Assembly (NCBI GenBank): GCA_964035575.1
Contig: OZ037837.1
Coordinates: 682,001-746,000, forward strand
Source of the DNA: Rhynchopus sp. YZ270_cl-10
Taxonomy: Eukaryota
DNA: 64,000 bases
Direction: 5' to 3'
The notes beneath the pieces were generated by a model that did no database searches, was not told where the DNA came from, and worked only from the letters and a program-made list of their open reading frames with translations. Below, piece by piece: positions 1 to 11,216 of this stretch (position 1 is the first letter of the stretch; the number at the start of each line of letters is the position of its first letter). A program made the translations under genes and the position numbers.

Positions 1-461
1 ATGGAATCTTAAAATTTTCGCTCGCTGCGCTTGCAGAGGTACCGTACCCCTTATTTTTTTTTTAGCCTGCGCCAATTTCCTTTTTTGCTCCGCGAAAAAG
101 GGTTTGTTGAGTGGCTGTGTGGTTGTAAACCAGCATTTTTACACCGTACCCTATTTTTTTTCGCCTGCGGCGCCATTTATTTTTTACCATACGGTTAGTG
201 GAACGTAAGGTGCAAGACCAAGCTCCGTAACAAGGGATTACATTCCGTTTTTTTTTTGTCATCTCGCAATTTGACCTTTCGCCTCTCCACTCAGGGAGGC
301 TTGCGCGAAGCGCGCAACGACCGCTTTCGACCGGGCGAAAAAAAATTTTTCGTTTTCGCATAATTCCTGATTTTGGAGGAAAACCAAGCTATTTCCCTGC
401 AACTGACAGCCACAAAAAAAAAAAAAAAAAATGCTGTTTTTTTTTTCCTCAACGTCACCTC

Positions 462-1060
462 CAGGGTATTAGGGTGAAAATCCAAAATCCCGGAAAAAAC
501 TGGTTTTTCTGGTTTTCTCTCCTGGGCGGCAAAAACTAGTGTTTCTGGCGAAAACCTCCACCGTTGACGGACACAGTCACCCCTTTCGAGTTTTTCGGTC
601 AGTGTCTTATCCAGGAATCCGATTTCAAAATATTTTTCGGCGCTGCTGACCCAGGGTAGACATTGGGAACATAGGGACTGCATTTTTTTTTGCGGAGCAA
701 AAAAATAATATAAAATGGCGCCGCAGGCGAAAATTTTTTGAGGGTACGGTGTAAAAATCTAGCTTTTTACACCACAGAGCCACTCAAACGAACCCTTTTT
801 TACGGAGCAAAAAATGAAAAATGGCGCCGCAGGCAAAAAAAATTCAAGGAACAGCCATTTCCCAAAGGCACTCCCGTGGTTCAACCACGGTTCTACCAGG
901 CGGGGAAAAAATGCGGGGAAAAAAATCGAGTCCGCCCTAATCTGGGGACGACATTTACAGAAAGGCCTGGTGAAAAGTGTCGGTTTTTTTTTCCCCTCCA
1001 GATTTCTCTGTTTTTTTTTTTTTTTTGAAAACCAGTTTTTTTAACCACCCTAATACCCTG
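462..1060. mobile_element. hAT-type MITE (599 bp)
   Basis: Perfect 15-bp TIR CAGGGTATTAGGGTG (462-476 and 1046-1060) flanked by an exact 8-bp TSD GTCACCTC (454-461 and 1061-1068). Partial copies start at 46343 and 60188. Confidence 0.92.
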
Positions 1061-1081
1061 GTCACCTCACCTCCCTCGCAA

Positions 1082-1510
1082 TCAGACCAACACCTGCAGG
1101 TCCGCGTTGTCCATGGCTACACAGTGTGCCTTTGCCTTTTCGCTGAGTTGCTTGCGGAGCTCTGGACCAGCGTCGTTCATGGCACACGGGGAGCATGGGG
1201 CAGAACACTCCTTTGCTTCGGTATCGTGGTCCACCCCAAGCAGCTGAAGCAGAGGTGTACACACACGCATGTGACGCATCATATGCAACGTTAACAGCAC
1301 GCCTGTCACAGCAGCGAACACCCACAGGAAGAAGCGTACAACAGAGTCTGACGACCTGTGCTCGAAGTGTACCAGAAGCACAGTCTCTTCGCGGTAAAGC
1401 TGAGGACGTGACGCATCAGATGCAGAGTGGTGTGTGCCATGTGTGTCATGTGTTGCAGATGCACACATCACGCAGGACGTAGCAAAGATCAACGCACGAA
1501 AGATGGACAT
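1082..1510 (-). CDS. Small putative type-I membrane protein (~142 aa), function unknown
   Basis: From ATG 1510 (MSIFRALIFATSCVMCASA, signal-peptide-like), with a later hydrophobic segment FFLWVFAAVTGVLLTL. Codon usage resembles neighbouring genes, and a pyrimidine-rich tract lies upstream. Confidence 0.5.
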   Translation of the reverse strand: MSIFRALIFATSCVMCASATHDTHGTHHSASDASRPQLYREETVLLVHFEHRSSDSVVRFFLWVFAAVTGVLLTLHMMRHMRVCTPLLQLLGVDHDTEAKECSAPCSPCAMNDAGPELRKQLSEKAKAHCVAMDNADLQVLV

Positions 1511-1913
1511 CGTGTCAAAGATGTGAAGTGTTTGTAGCTGGGGGAGGAGGAGGAGGAGGAGAGTGCTATTGGAGTGAGGGAAACAGTGAGGGGAATACAA
1601 AATGTGGAGGGGGGAAAAAGGGGCGTTTTTATGGTGTGAATCGGAACCCAAATTCCCCGTAGTTCTACCAGGGGGAACCGGGAATTCCGACACACCCCGT
1701 TCGCCCGTATTTTTCCGGCCTGGTTCCGACCAGAGGTTGTGCTCTGCTCCAACCCGCCCCAGAATAGAAAAAAAGGAAGGGAAGGGTATGGTGTTCAATT
1801 TCCTTTTTAGCATTACATGGAATCATACAAAAAAAAGTGTAATCCGTGCATTCAGTGAAGATTTGATTCTGAGTTGGAAAACGGAGAAAGATCAAAACAC
1901 TGATGCAGGGAAA

Positions 1914-2168
1914 GGCGTCGTCCTTCTTCTTCTCCTCGATGATGTCGCGTGACGTGTACCAGACCGACGTCCCGCTCGTCTCGGATTCGAAGCACGTCTG
2001 GTGCGACAGCCTCATCAGGTCTCTGAGGCAGGTCCTCAGGGTCGCGTGCTTGCGTGCCACCTCGCGGAGCGTGCCCATACCCTTCCCAAGCGACACGACG
2101 CTGCGTGCACAGAAGACCTCGCTCGTCTTGTCCTTGCGCGTCACAGTGATCTGCGTCTTGTGTGCCTT
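1914..2168 (-). pseudogene. Duplicated internal fragment of the ART gene (copy of ~8034-8288)
   Basis: Near-identical to 8034-8288 (…ITVTRKDKTSEVFC…KKKDDA). It replaces the stop and 3' UTR segment present in the second gene copy (~23096-23260). Confidence 0.9.
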
Positions 2169-5100
2169 ATTCCGTTCAGTGCAGCTGCGCTATCGTCTCC
2201 TCCACTGCAACGCGAAGCCCGCAACGGCCGATTCATCAGTCTTCCAACTGCAGCGAAGTCTTCATCACCTTCATCGGCAACGGAGCTGGTGTCTTCGTTG
2301 CTGTTCAATGCAGAAAAGTCGAGGTTAAGTGCCTTCTTCGAAATGTTGTAGTTCATCAGCGCACCTGTCGATGTGGCCGCCCAGTCTCCACCTTCCGTGT
2401 ACCAACTATCCCTCCCTTCCTCCCAATACATGCCGTGCTGTCCCTGCAGCAGTGCTTCCGGTTGAGATGGGGACAAAAGCGAAGGTGATTTCTTCAGCTG
2501 TGCGAGGCGTACTGCAAGAAACTTCGCGTCTTTCTTGTGCAAAACGATGTTGCACCTCAAATACAACCCCTGTGCCTCGTTGTTGTAGTCGCCACACTCG
2601 TGCAGTCCTTTCTTCAAGATGCGGCGTGCCATATCGGTGTCATCCTGAGCCCTCAACCAGTACTGTTGTGCAGTGATTTAAAGGTAATGTGAAAGAGGAA
2701 CACAATAAAGTCTTTGAAACAAAGATGGGGTTTTGGTTTTCTGCTGCTGTTGTTTTCTTGTTCTTGATAATCTGTTGCCTTAGTGTGGCCGCCATTCAGA
2801 CAGCTTCACTGTCCTCCTTCTTAGTTGCAGGAGGGGAGGACAGCATCGCATACATGAAAGAGCAAGAAGTGAGACAAAACAAGACAAAGAGCATGCATAC
2901 GTTTTCAAAACCCCAATCCTGTTCTGCAAGGAGTTCGAACTGCGCACGCAAGTACATTTCTGCAACTTCAAGTTTCAGCTCCTCTCCAAGGCGAGCTGAA
3001 TAACGAGCAAGATACACAGGGATGGCACACATGTTCCGCACACGCTGTTTCCTTGCAGATTCGAAGATGCATGTGTACAGCACCTTCAGACGGTCCACAA
3101 ATTCACGTTCCTTCCCTTCTTGGAAGTAGGTCCAGCCAAAGTGTGTCCGCAGTCCTTCACGTGCTATTCTCACGAAGTACTTTGGTGCCACACGCAGGGT
3201 GGGGTCTGAGTCACAGAAGTTCATCCCAGTGGCCACAAGGATGGCGATGCTGTGGTGCGTCTTCTCACAGAGCTGGCTGTGCTCACTGTCCGTGCCGGAG
3301 GTGAAGGAGAAGCCCTGCTGCGAGACGCACATTTCTGTGCTCAGTTCCATCAGCGACTTCGTCAACGTCTGTCTCGCATGTTCCTTTGAGGTGAAGCCGT
3401 ACTGTGCAGGTTCCGCCTGTACGGTGGCCATCCACGATGTGAACTTGTCACGGGTGACTTCAATAGGCTCTGCACCGTCGTCCTCAAGGTTGCCGTCCAG
3501 ATACTTAAGTGATGGTTTGTTAATGTTGAGTATATACAGAGCGCGGTAGTACCCTATCGTATCGCCACGTGCGTCCAGGTCACGACGTGCAGAGTCTAGG
3601 GCTTGTTCGTTCCTTGTAACGATAGCTTGCACGTCCTCTCTCTTCATACGTTTAACACGTTCCCAATCTTCGATGCTGAGCAGCGGTGTTGCACGGAATA
3701 CTTTGAAGAACAGCAGACGCTGTTTCACAGACGTGAACGAGCCGATCAGACACTGCACAAAACGCAGTGGGAGGGACGGCGACGTGACTATCGTGGTTGT
3801 CTTCAGCAGCTGCTGCACCTCCCCGACAGTGATGCGGAACTCCTTCCCTCCGTACACATCGCTCACAGGCGGGGGGCACTCCCCAGGTGTGTCACGCGCA
3901 TGCTTGACTATCGTCTTGAAGAACGCGTCTTCGTCTGTGTGCTCGTCGTGGTAGGCCTGGATGGATGCTCCCGAAACAGTGACCACATCGTTCACATCCA
4001 TATCCTTCTCCCAATCCTTCGCGAGTTCCACGTGCGGGATGTTTGCGAGTTCGTCACCGTGCGGTCTTGGCATGCCTTCTGCAGTGTGATCCCCTTCAGG
4101 ACGCTTCTTGCGGTTCAACCCACGCAAAAACGTCTTCCCTGGGCGGTACGTGGTGGGCACAGCCAAAGGCAGGGTGATCGCATTATGGTTCGTCACCAGT
4201 CCGTTTGCGCCCTGCATCTTGAACGATGCGCTGTCATTCACAGGTCTGACAGTGTCCATCAGATCGTGCAACATCGCGTGCCGTTCCGTTCCGTGGAGCA
4301 TCTGAGACTTGCGGCTGAAGAACACATCACACTCGTCTGTGCACAAGAAGCTCTGCCTGTCCAATGTATCGTCCTTTGCTGTCTTGCTCTCAGGACGCAA
4401 ACACTCATCCATATCACCGTTCTTGCCCCAAACAGAACGCAGGCCAGTCAGTTGTATGCCAGAACACCAGGCACGGAGCTCTTTGTCCGTGCGCAGCAGC
4501 GAGCCACGTGAGATGAGGCTGACATGGAGGCACGCGCCACGTGCCTGAACATCCTCCACAACAAACATCTCAAGCGCAGGGAGGAGGAAGTCGTGTCCGT
4601 CGCTCAGCAGCCCCACACACTCGCCGTGCATCTTCCCACGCGCGCTGAAGAGAATCGTTGTCATGGTGCTGCTGCTGTTCTTGCGTGTCTCCACCTCAAC
4701 TTGCTCGCCAGGGACGTGTGTCAGGAAAGGGTCCTCAGGCTTCGCATCTTCCCATCTGAGTAACGTGTTCAGATCAAACCCCACGTCCTCCCCTCTTTCC
4801 TTGCGTGCCTGCTTGTGTGCCTGCATGCATTTGTCTTTGAACTCATGTTCGTAGCAAAGCTCGCCTTCATACGCAGCCTCCTCGCCACCCCTCCCTGTCC
4901 ATCTGCGCTCTGACGCCTCCCAGAGTCTTCCTGAGTTGTCGCTGAAGTCAGACGTGAAGTCCACCTTCGTCCTTGCTTCCTGTGTCTCGCTTCTGCTGTC
5001 CTTCTCGTGCCTCGCAGCACGATTTCTGTAGCGGCGCTCCACATCCCAGAGAGTGATGTCGGGCTGGCAGTACAGCTCACCACGCTTCAGGTGGAGGTGG

Positions 5101-8100
5101 TGGATCAGCACAGTGTCCGTCACGTTCTCCACCTTGCGGAAGAGCACCCGCTCCTTCTCCGTGCTTGTCACCAGCACAGCGTTCACAGCACCCCACAGCC
5201 TTGACCACGTGCGCATCTGGGCCCTGCTCTTCTCCGTTTCAATGCGGCTCCCAAACACCGTTGGGTCGTACAGGTTGAGAGAGGGCTGCCGCAACTGCTC
5301 CACAAGCGTCGGCAGTGTCTCCTTCTTCCCGTCCTCCCAGGCACCGCCCTCCACGGCTTCATCCCAGTCGTGTTTGAAGACAAAGTAGCCGTCAGCGTTC
5401 TGCCTGCGTATCTGCTTCTCCTGCTCGGCTGTGCTCCACACCGTGTCCAGATACTGCTGCTTTGTAACGTAGCTGCCTTCGTACATTCTGCGCTTCGTGC
5501 TGCACACGTCTGCCTCTTGCATATCTGACCATGGTTCCGTGTCCTGCAAAGCAACTTCGTGCTCGAAGTAGCGGATTCCGTTCTTGTCCATTCTGCGTGG
5601 AAGCTCCTCCTCCTCAGCAAGAGCCTTCCACTTATCCTGTCTGAAACCATTTGAAGGATTGCCCAATTCTGCGTAACTCTGGAATCCATCATCACCTTGA
5701 CACATCCTGCGCCCCGTGCTGCGCATATCGGTCATTGCACGCATCTCGTCTGTTGCATCCACAAGGGGAAAGAGCTCGTTCCCACGCGAGCAAAGCACCT
5801 TGAGACAGAAGAGGCTTGCTTCCAGACGGCCAAGAGGGCACTGCAGCACATCCAGTACGGAGCACGTCTTGCACAACTCCATGATGTCCTGCATCATGCC
5901 CGCCACGTGCACGGCGTACTCAGATGCGCACAGCGCAGCAGGCTCGTTCCCAAAGAAGGCTTCGTAGCGGGCACGCACGTTGCGGATCAGCTCAGCTGCG
6001 AGAGAGATGTGTTCACGGTCGTCTGCCATCCGCATCACCTCCAGCGCAAAGTTCTTCACCTTCCACAGCGGCTCGTCGTACCGGAGCACTGCAGGCTGGA
6101 GCCTGTCCAGACACACGTGAAGGCGCTGCGCCAGGTCTTGCGAGCGATCACAGGCATCAAGATAGTTCTCTGTGCCTCTGTTTTGACGGCGCGACATCTT
6201 CAGTTGTGGTGTTTCGCCAAACGCGTCCGTCTCGCAGGCGTCGCATTGCATGTCCAGAAGCAACGTCATCACCGACGCGTCGCACCAACGCGCAGCAGCA
6301 ACAAGCGCGCCGGGGAGCTTTGGGTACGTCCTGTTCGAAGCAAGCTTCTGTTGTGCTGAGTGCTGCTGTGCGTCAACCGCCTTCTGCAGGAGTTCGATGA
6401 AGAGAACAGCCTCACGCTGGCGGCTGTCGAACAGGTCCGAGAAGGCCATGTCCACCACGTCCACGTCGTACAGCGCTTCCGTGGCGTACTGCGGCCAGGT
6501 GTCACCCAGGTCGGAGAACGTGCTTGACACAAGGGTGCCTCTGTTGTGCGCACACCTGATGTTGATGACCTGCTGGATGTGCATCATGCGCTGTGCCGCA
6601 ACCTCCCCCAGGTGTGGATCGTCCCCGTCCTCTGCGTCGCATGTGTGTGTGTCACGCACCTGCAGAGGCCTTTGCTTTTGCTTTTGGTTTTGGTTTTGGT
6701 TTTGCTGCTCAGTGTCGCAGATGCTGAGCTGCACAACATGCCTGTTGACACGCAGCGCCTGCAGAAGGAGCTCCGCACCCTCGACACCGACACCGTTGTT
6801 GCGGATGTCAACCCGCACCAGGTGCACCTGCTTCGCGATGATCTTGTGCAGCAGCACAGCACCTGCATCGAGAAAAGCAAGCCCCTCCTGGCCATCCTCA
6901 CGCCGCATCTCGATGCTCACCTCCCACTGCTCCGTCGGGTTCATCGCCTTCAGCTGGTAGTAGCCCGAGCTTGCGTTCTCTTCCTCCTGCAGGCTGCGGG
7001 CGTCCTTCGCCTTCGAGGGCTTCAGGTGGCACGTCACCTCAACAAACGTGAGCGCTTTCGAGTGGCGCAGGCCGAGAACCAAAGACACTGCGTTGAGCAC
7101 CTGCCGCCCCTCCTCAGAGGACTGGTCAAAGATCACACGGGGGTGCTCGTGGGTGAAGCGATTCAGCTCGTGGGCATCGGACAGGAAACTGTTCCAGCTG
7201 TCGGCCACGTTGCCAGTGCAAAGCTTTGTGTTGTTGCTCGTCATCACAGGCGACAGCTGGAGTGCGTCGAAGTTCACCACAACTGTGTACACCCACTTCG
7301 CATCCACACAGCCTTCGCTTGCGCTCTTCAGGGAAAGGTCGAGAACACCGTTCCCAGAGTCCACTGCAGACACTGCCGAGAAGACCACGCGCGCGACCTC
7401 CTTCGTCTGTGCGCTTGCCAGGGAGCAGCGGATGCGGATCTTCTCCATCGACAGCTCGTCGACCTCAGAGATCTCGAAGAGCTGGAAGTCTTTCTTCCCG
7501 AGAATCGACTGCTGGTCCTCCGTCAGCATCGAGTCCACCTTGAACATTGAGTTCAGTGGGAACAGCCACTCCTCTTCACGGCCGAACCTGCTCCAGGGTG
7601 CGATCAGCCTGCAAGACGACCCTGTCACAATGAAGACCGACGCCGTCATCCCGCTCGCGGAGCTGGCGTAGAACTGCGAGATGCCCTGGTCCGTCGACGT
7701 CGACGAGAACGCAGACCACACCACCACGTTCCCCGTTGCGTAGAGCTCAGGGGGCAGGCGTGCGTTCCCAAGCCCGCGGTAGCACTTCTGCTCTGTCTCC
7801 GGCGCACACCGCCACCCCCGGTACGACAGCACAGGCGACATCTCCTTCATTGCCTCGTTCACGTAGAACAGCAGCGGCCGCACCTGCCCCGACACCCAGT
7901 CTCCCATTTGCACCTTCACCGTGCTTGGTTCTATGTACTCCGGTGCCTCCTTGTCGTACTGTGCCGTGTACCGGTAGTAGCCAAGCCCGCTGTGGTGCAC
8001 AGGGTCCAGGTAGTCCTCGTCGCTGAGCGGCAGGGCGTCGTCCTTCTTCTTATCCTCGATGATGTCGCGTGACGTGTACCAGAGCGACGTCCCGCTCGTC

Positions 8101-10376
8101 TCGGATTCGAAGCACGTCTGGTGCGACAGCCTCATCAGGTCTCTGAGGCAGGTCCTCAGGGTCGCGTGCTTGCGTGCCACCTCGCGGAGCGTGCCCATAC
8201 CCTTCCCAAGCGACGCGACGCTGCGTGCACAGAAGACCTCGCTCGTCTTGTCCTTGCGCGTCACTGTGATCTGCGTCTTGTGTGCTTTGTTCTGCGCATC
8301 ACGCATCGACGCGTTTAAGACGTAGTACGGCTGGTCCGCAAACTCGCAGCAGGATTTGTACAGCACACACGGTGGCACGTCTGCTCCAGGTACGGCGATG
8401 AACTTGTTCTTCCCAGACAGCGAAGCGTGCAGGGGTTGTTCGACGTGTGTCCAGTCTGCCACGCCTGCCGAGGACCAGTACACGGCCTGGATGTCGAGAG
8501 CGTGGAGGATCGTCAGCGGCGTCGGTGCCTGGCCTTCGGGGGCCTCACGCACGGCGATGGCGACCTTGTGTGCCACGAGCGCTTGGAACGGGCTGTAGTC
8601 TTGTTTGTGCTTGGTACTCAGTGCGTCGAGGTCTTCCTTGCAGCCTTTGTCGTACTGCTGCTGGTTCTTCTCGCGCACGCAACGGTCCTTCAGCGCACCC
8701 ACCGCACAGAAGAAGCAGCAGCTGTCGTCACAGCGGACGTACGCTGTCTCTGTCCCCGCCACCTTGTCCTTCCTCCCCGCAAGCAGCACCTTCTCCTCAC
8801 GCGCACGGCACGCAAACACATCCTCCGAACGCAGATAGTGCAGACCACCCTCGGCAATCTCAAGGTGCTCACAGGTGCGTCTGCTTTGCAAGTACTCCAG
8901 CACACCGGGTGGGGGCAGTCGTGCGAGAGACAGGGACGCCGTCGCAGTGTGGAGGCCTTCAAAGATGCAGGACGGGGCCGGAAGCCACGCAACCGAGTCC
9001 GAGTACGGGTGCAGCGCAACACGTTTCTTCAGGCTCGCGAGTGACTCCGCATCCGCCGTGCTTTGCGTGTTTGCACGCAAAGCAGCCTCGTACTCTGCCC
9101 TCACGTCTGCCAGTTTGTACCGTGCTATGTAGAACTCCTTTGCCACGTCCTTGGTCGTGTCGGTGGTGGCAGTGTCCGTGGTGGTGGTGTTGGTGGTGGT
9201 GTCACCACGACATCTGCAACCCTCAAGGAAGGGCGTGCTCACAAAGACCGTGAGCCCCTCCCAGCCCGCAAACACCCCACCAACCTTCCCTGCAAAGCCA
9301 CGCCCCCGTTCGTCCCCCTCGCTGCTGCTGCCGCCCACCATGCGCCCGTCGCAGAACACCACCTGCATCTGCGTGGGCAGCTCGAAGGCGGCACTGGCCG
9401 GCTGCCTGCTGGGGGTGGTGCCCGCACCCCTCGTGTCCTCCGCAACCCTTGCAAGCGCACGCCTTGCCTCTGTGATGGTGCCGTTCAGTGGTGCGAGCGG
9501 CAGCCCCCGTGGACGTGTCAGGTCTTCGTCCTCCCCACACAGGGGTGCCCCGTCCTTCGTGCAGTGCGCAAGGAAGTCCTTCTCCAGCACAACTGCGTGC
9601 GCCGGCGAGAACGGTGTCCACCGTCCGTGCCCATCCGAGGCCACCCAGAAGGCCCACGTGTACTCCGTCATGATCGCAATCGAGTAGATGAAGAGCGGCA
9701 CCACCACCTCCGCCACCTCCCCGTAGTTGTGCTTGTGCTGCATGAAGGTGCAGTTGTGCTTCACCCTGTCCACAGCACTCCGCGGCCACAGCTTCCGTCC
9801 AGGTCCGAACCAGTCTGCAAGCCCGTCGACCACCTCCGACACACTCTGCGTGGGTCTGTACTCGGCGCTGTAGGGGTCCACCAGCTGCACACTTTGTCCC
9901 GCATTTGCTTGCGTCACGTCTGCTGAGGCGTCGAACTTCAGTTGTGTCTGCACAGGTGTGTCCTTTGCCTCCTGTCCCTTCCCGGCCTGTCCCTTCGCCT
10001 TCCCGGCCTTCGCGAAGACTGTCGCAAGCACATCTCGAAGGCCCTGCGAAACGTCCTCCTCGAAACGCTCCTTGAACGTCGCGTGGTTGGATCTGCACGC
10101 GTCCCAGAGTGTCCCCAGCGCCGCTTCGAGCGATGGTGATGTGCTCGAGGGGTGCGACACCTCTGCGCACGCCGCAGTGCTGCCTTCTGCCGCAAGCTTG
10201 TTCTTCTCCACGTCCGTCGCAGGCACTGCCCCACGCAGGCCGTCGATGTAGCACGCCAGGTGCGCCAACGGGTCGCACGGCTTATGCTGAAGCAGCTCGT
10301 TCACAAGCTCGTCGACCAGCTTCAGGATGCTGTGCTGCTTTGCGTATGCTTGCACCTCCTCGCGTGGGCCGAACAT
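2141..10376 (-). CDS. Giant multidomain mono-ADP-ribosyltransferase (~2665 aa): Dpy-30/RIIa-like, WWE-like, ART (R-S-ExE), LRR, ankyrin-like, degenerate ART, macrodomain-like C-terminus
   Basis: join(10376..2901, 2662..2141). Phase-0 intron 2663-2900 (GTATGC…CACAACAG) joins GFEN to YWLRAQDD in frame. Dpy-30-like EVQAYAKQHSILKLVDELVNELLQHKPCDPL. WWE-like WAFWVASDGHGRWTPFSPAHAVVLEKDF (~9575-9666). ART motifs YYVLNASMR…CYRGL…FSSTS…FGREEEWLFP (~7500-8400). LRR VDIRNNGVGVEGAELLLQAL. Ankyrin-like LVAAARWCDASVMTLLL…DAFGETP. Confidence 0.85.
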
Positions 10377-11216
10377 GGTGGTGTGTTGCTTCCTGCAAGG
10401 TGTGTGGTGTGTGGACGGTGTGTGTGTGTGTGTGTGCATGCTTCCGAAGCCACATCCCAGAAGTACGCGATGTCTGTCTACTCTACGACGCCTTCAAGAA
10501 TGGAGCCTTTCCTCAACAGAGTATACAAAAATAATAAAACCTACATTCTCGAACTTTTCTACTGACGTGATTTTCATTGGACGCATCCTCCTCAACGCAC
10601 ACTCCTCGACCTGTGGTGAAATGTGGCCCTACTCCAACCCGAAAAGTAGAAGAGGATGGGAGTAGGGGTACGGTGTTCAATTTCCTTACAGCATTGCATG
10701 TAATCATAAAAGATAATCTGGCCACGGTACGACAATAAGAACCGGACAGAAGAACAGAACCAAAATAAGAGAAAAGGCATTGTAATATGAAGTGCCTTTC
10801 GTGCACATACATCCTTTAAGGTGGCTTGCAATCCAAGGTCCGCTCGGGAGTGTGGTTATGTTTGTGACTGGTGTATCAGCGGATCCCACCCCTGCAGGCC
10901 CACATCTACTTCGAGTTCTACAAGGACTATGAACTACAACCCACGGAGAAACTGAAACCGCATTCCTACCTTTCCCTTATTGTATTATCCCACCCCCGCA
11001 ATCACGAAAACACTAAAGGCAAAAGGAAGAGGCTGTGGTAGAATGCACACCTCGGCCTATCGGTGAGATGTGTCTCTACGCCAACCCGCCTCAGAATAGA
11101 AACAGGGAGGGACTAGGGGCACAGTTCAATATACTTTTTGCATTGTCTGGAAACGTAAACAGAATTCAACATATATGTTTGTACATGGCTTCATAAATAT
11201 ATTGAATATCGTCAAT

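Noticed and set aside
2796..2900. Hydrophobic C-terminus (VCMLFVLFCLTSCSFMYAML) suggesting a membrane anchor on the ART protein
   Set aside because: It is read-through into the intron that begins GTATGC at 2900. Splicing to 2662 restores a continuous protein.
3603..9926. Long plus-strand ORFs overlapping the ART gene
   Set aside because: Expected antisense ORFs of a GC3-rich gene, with no recognisable domains.
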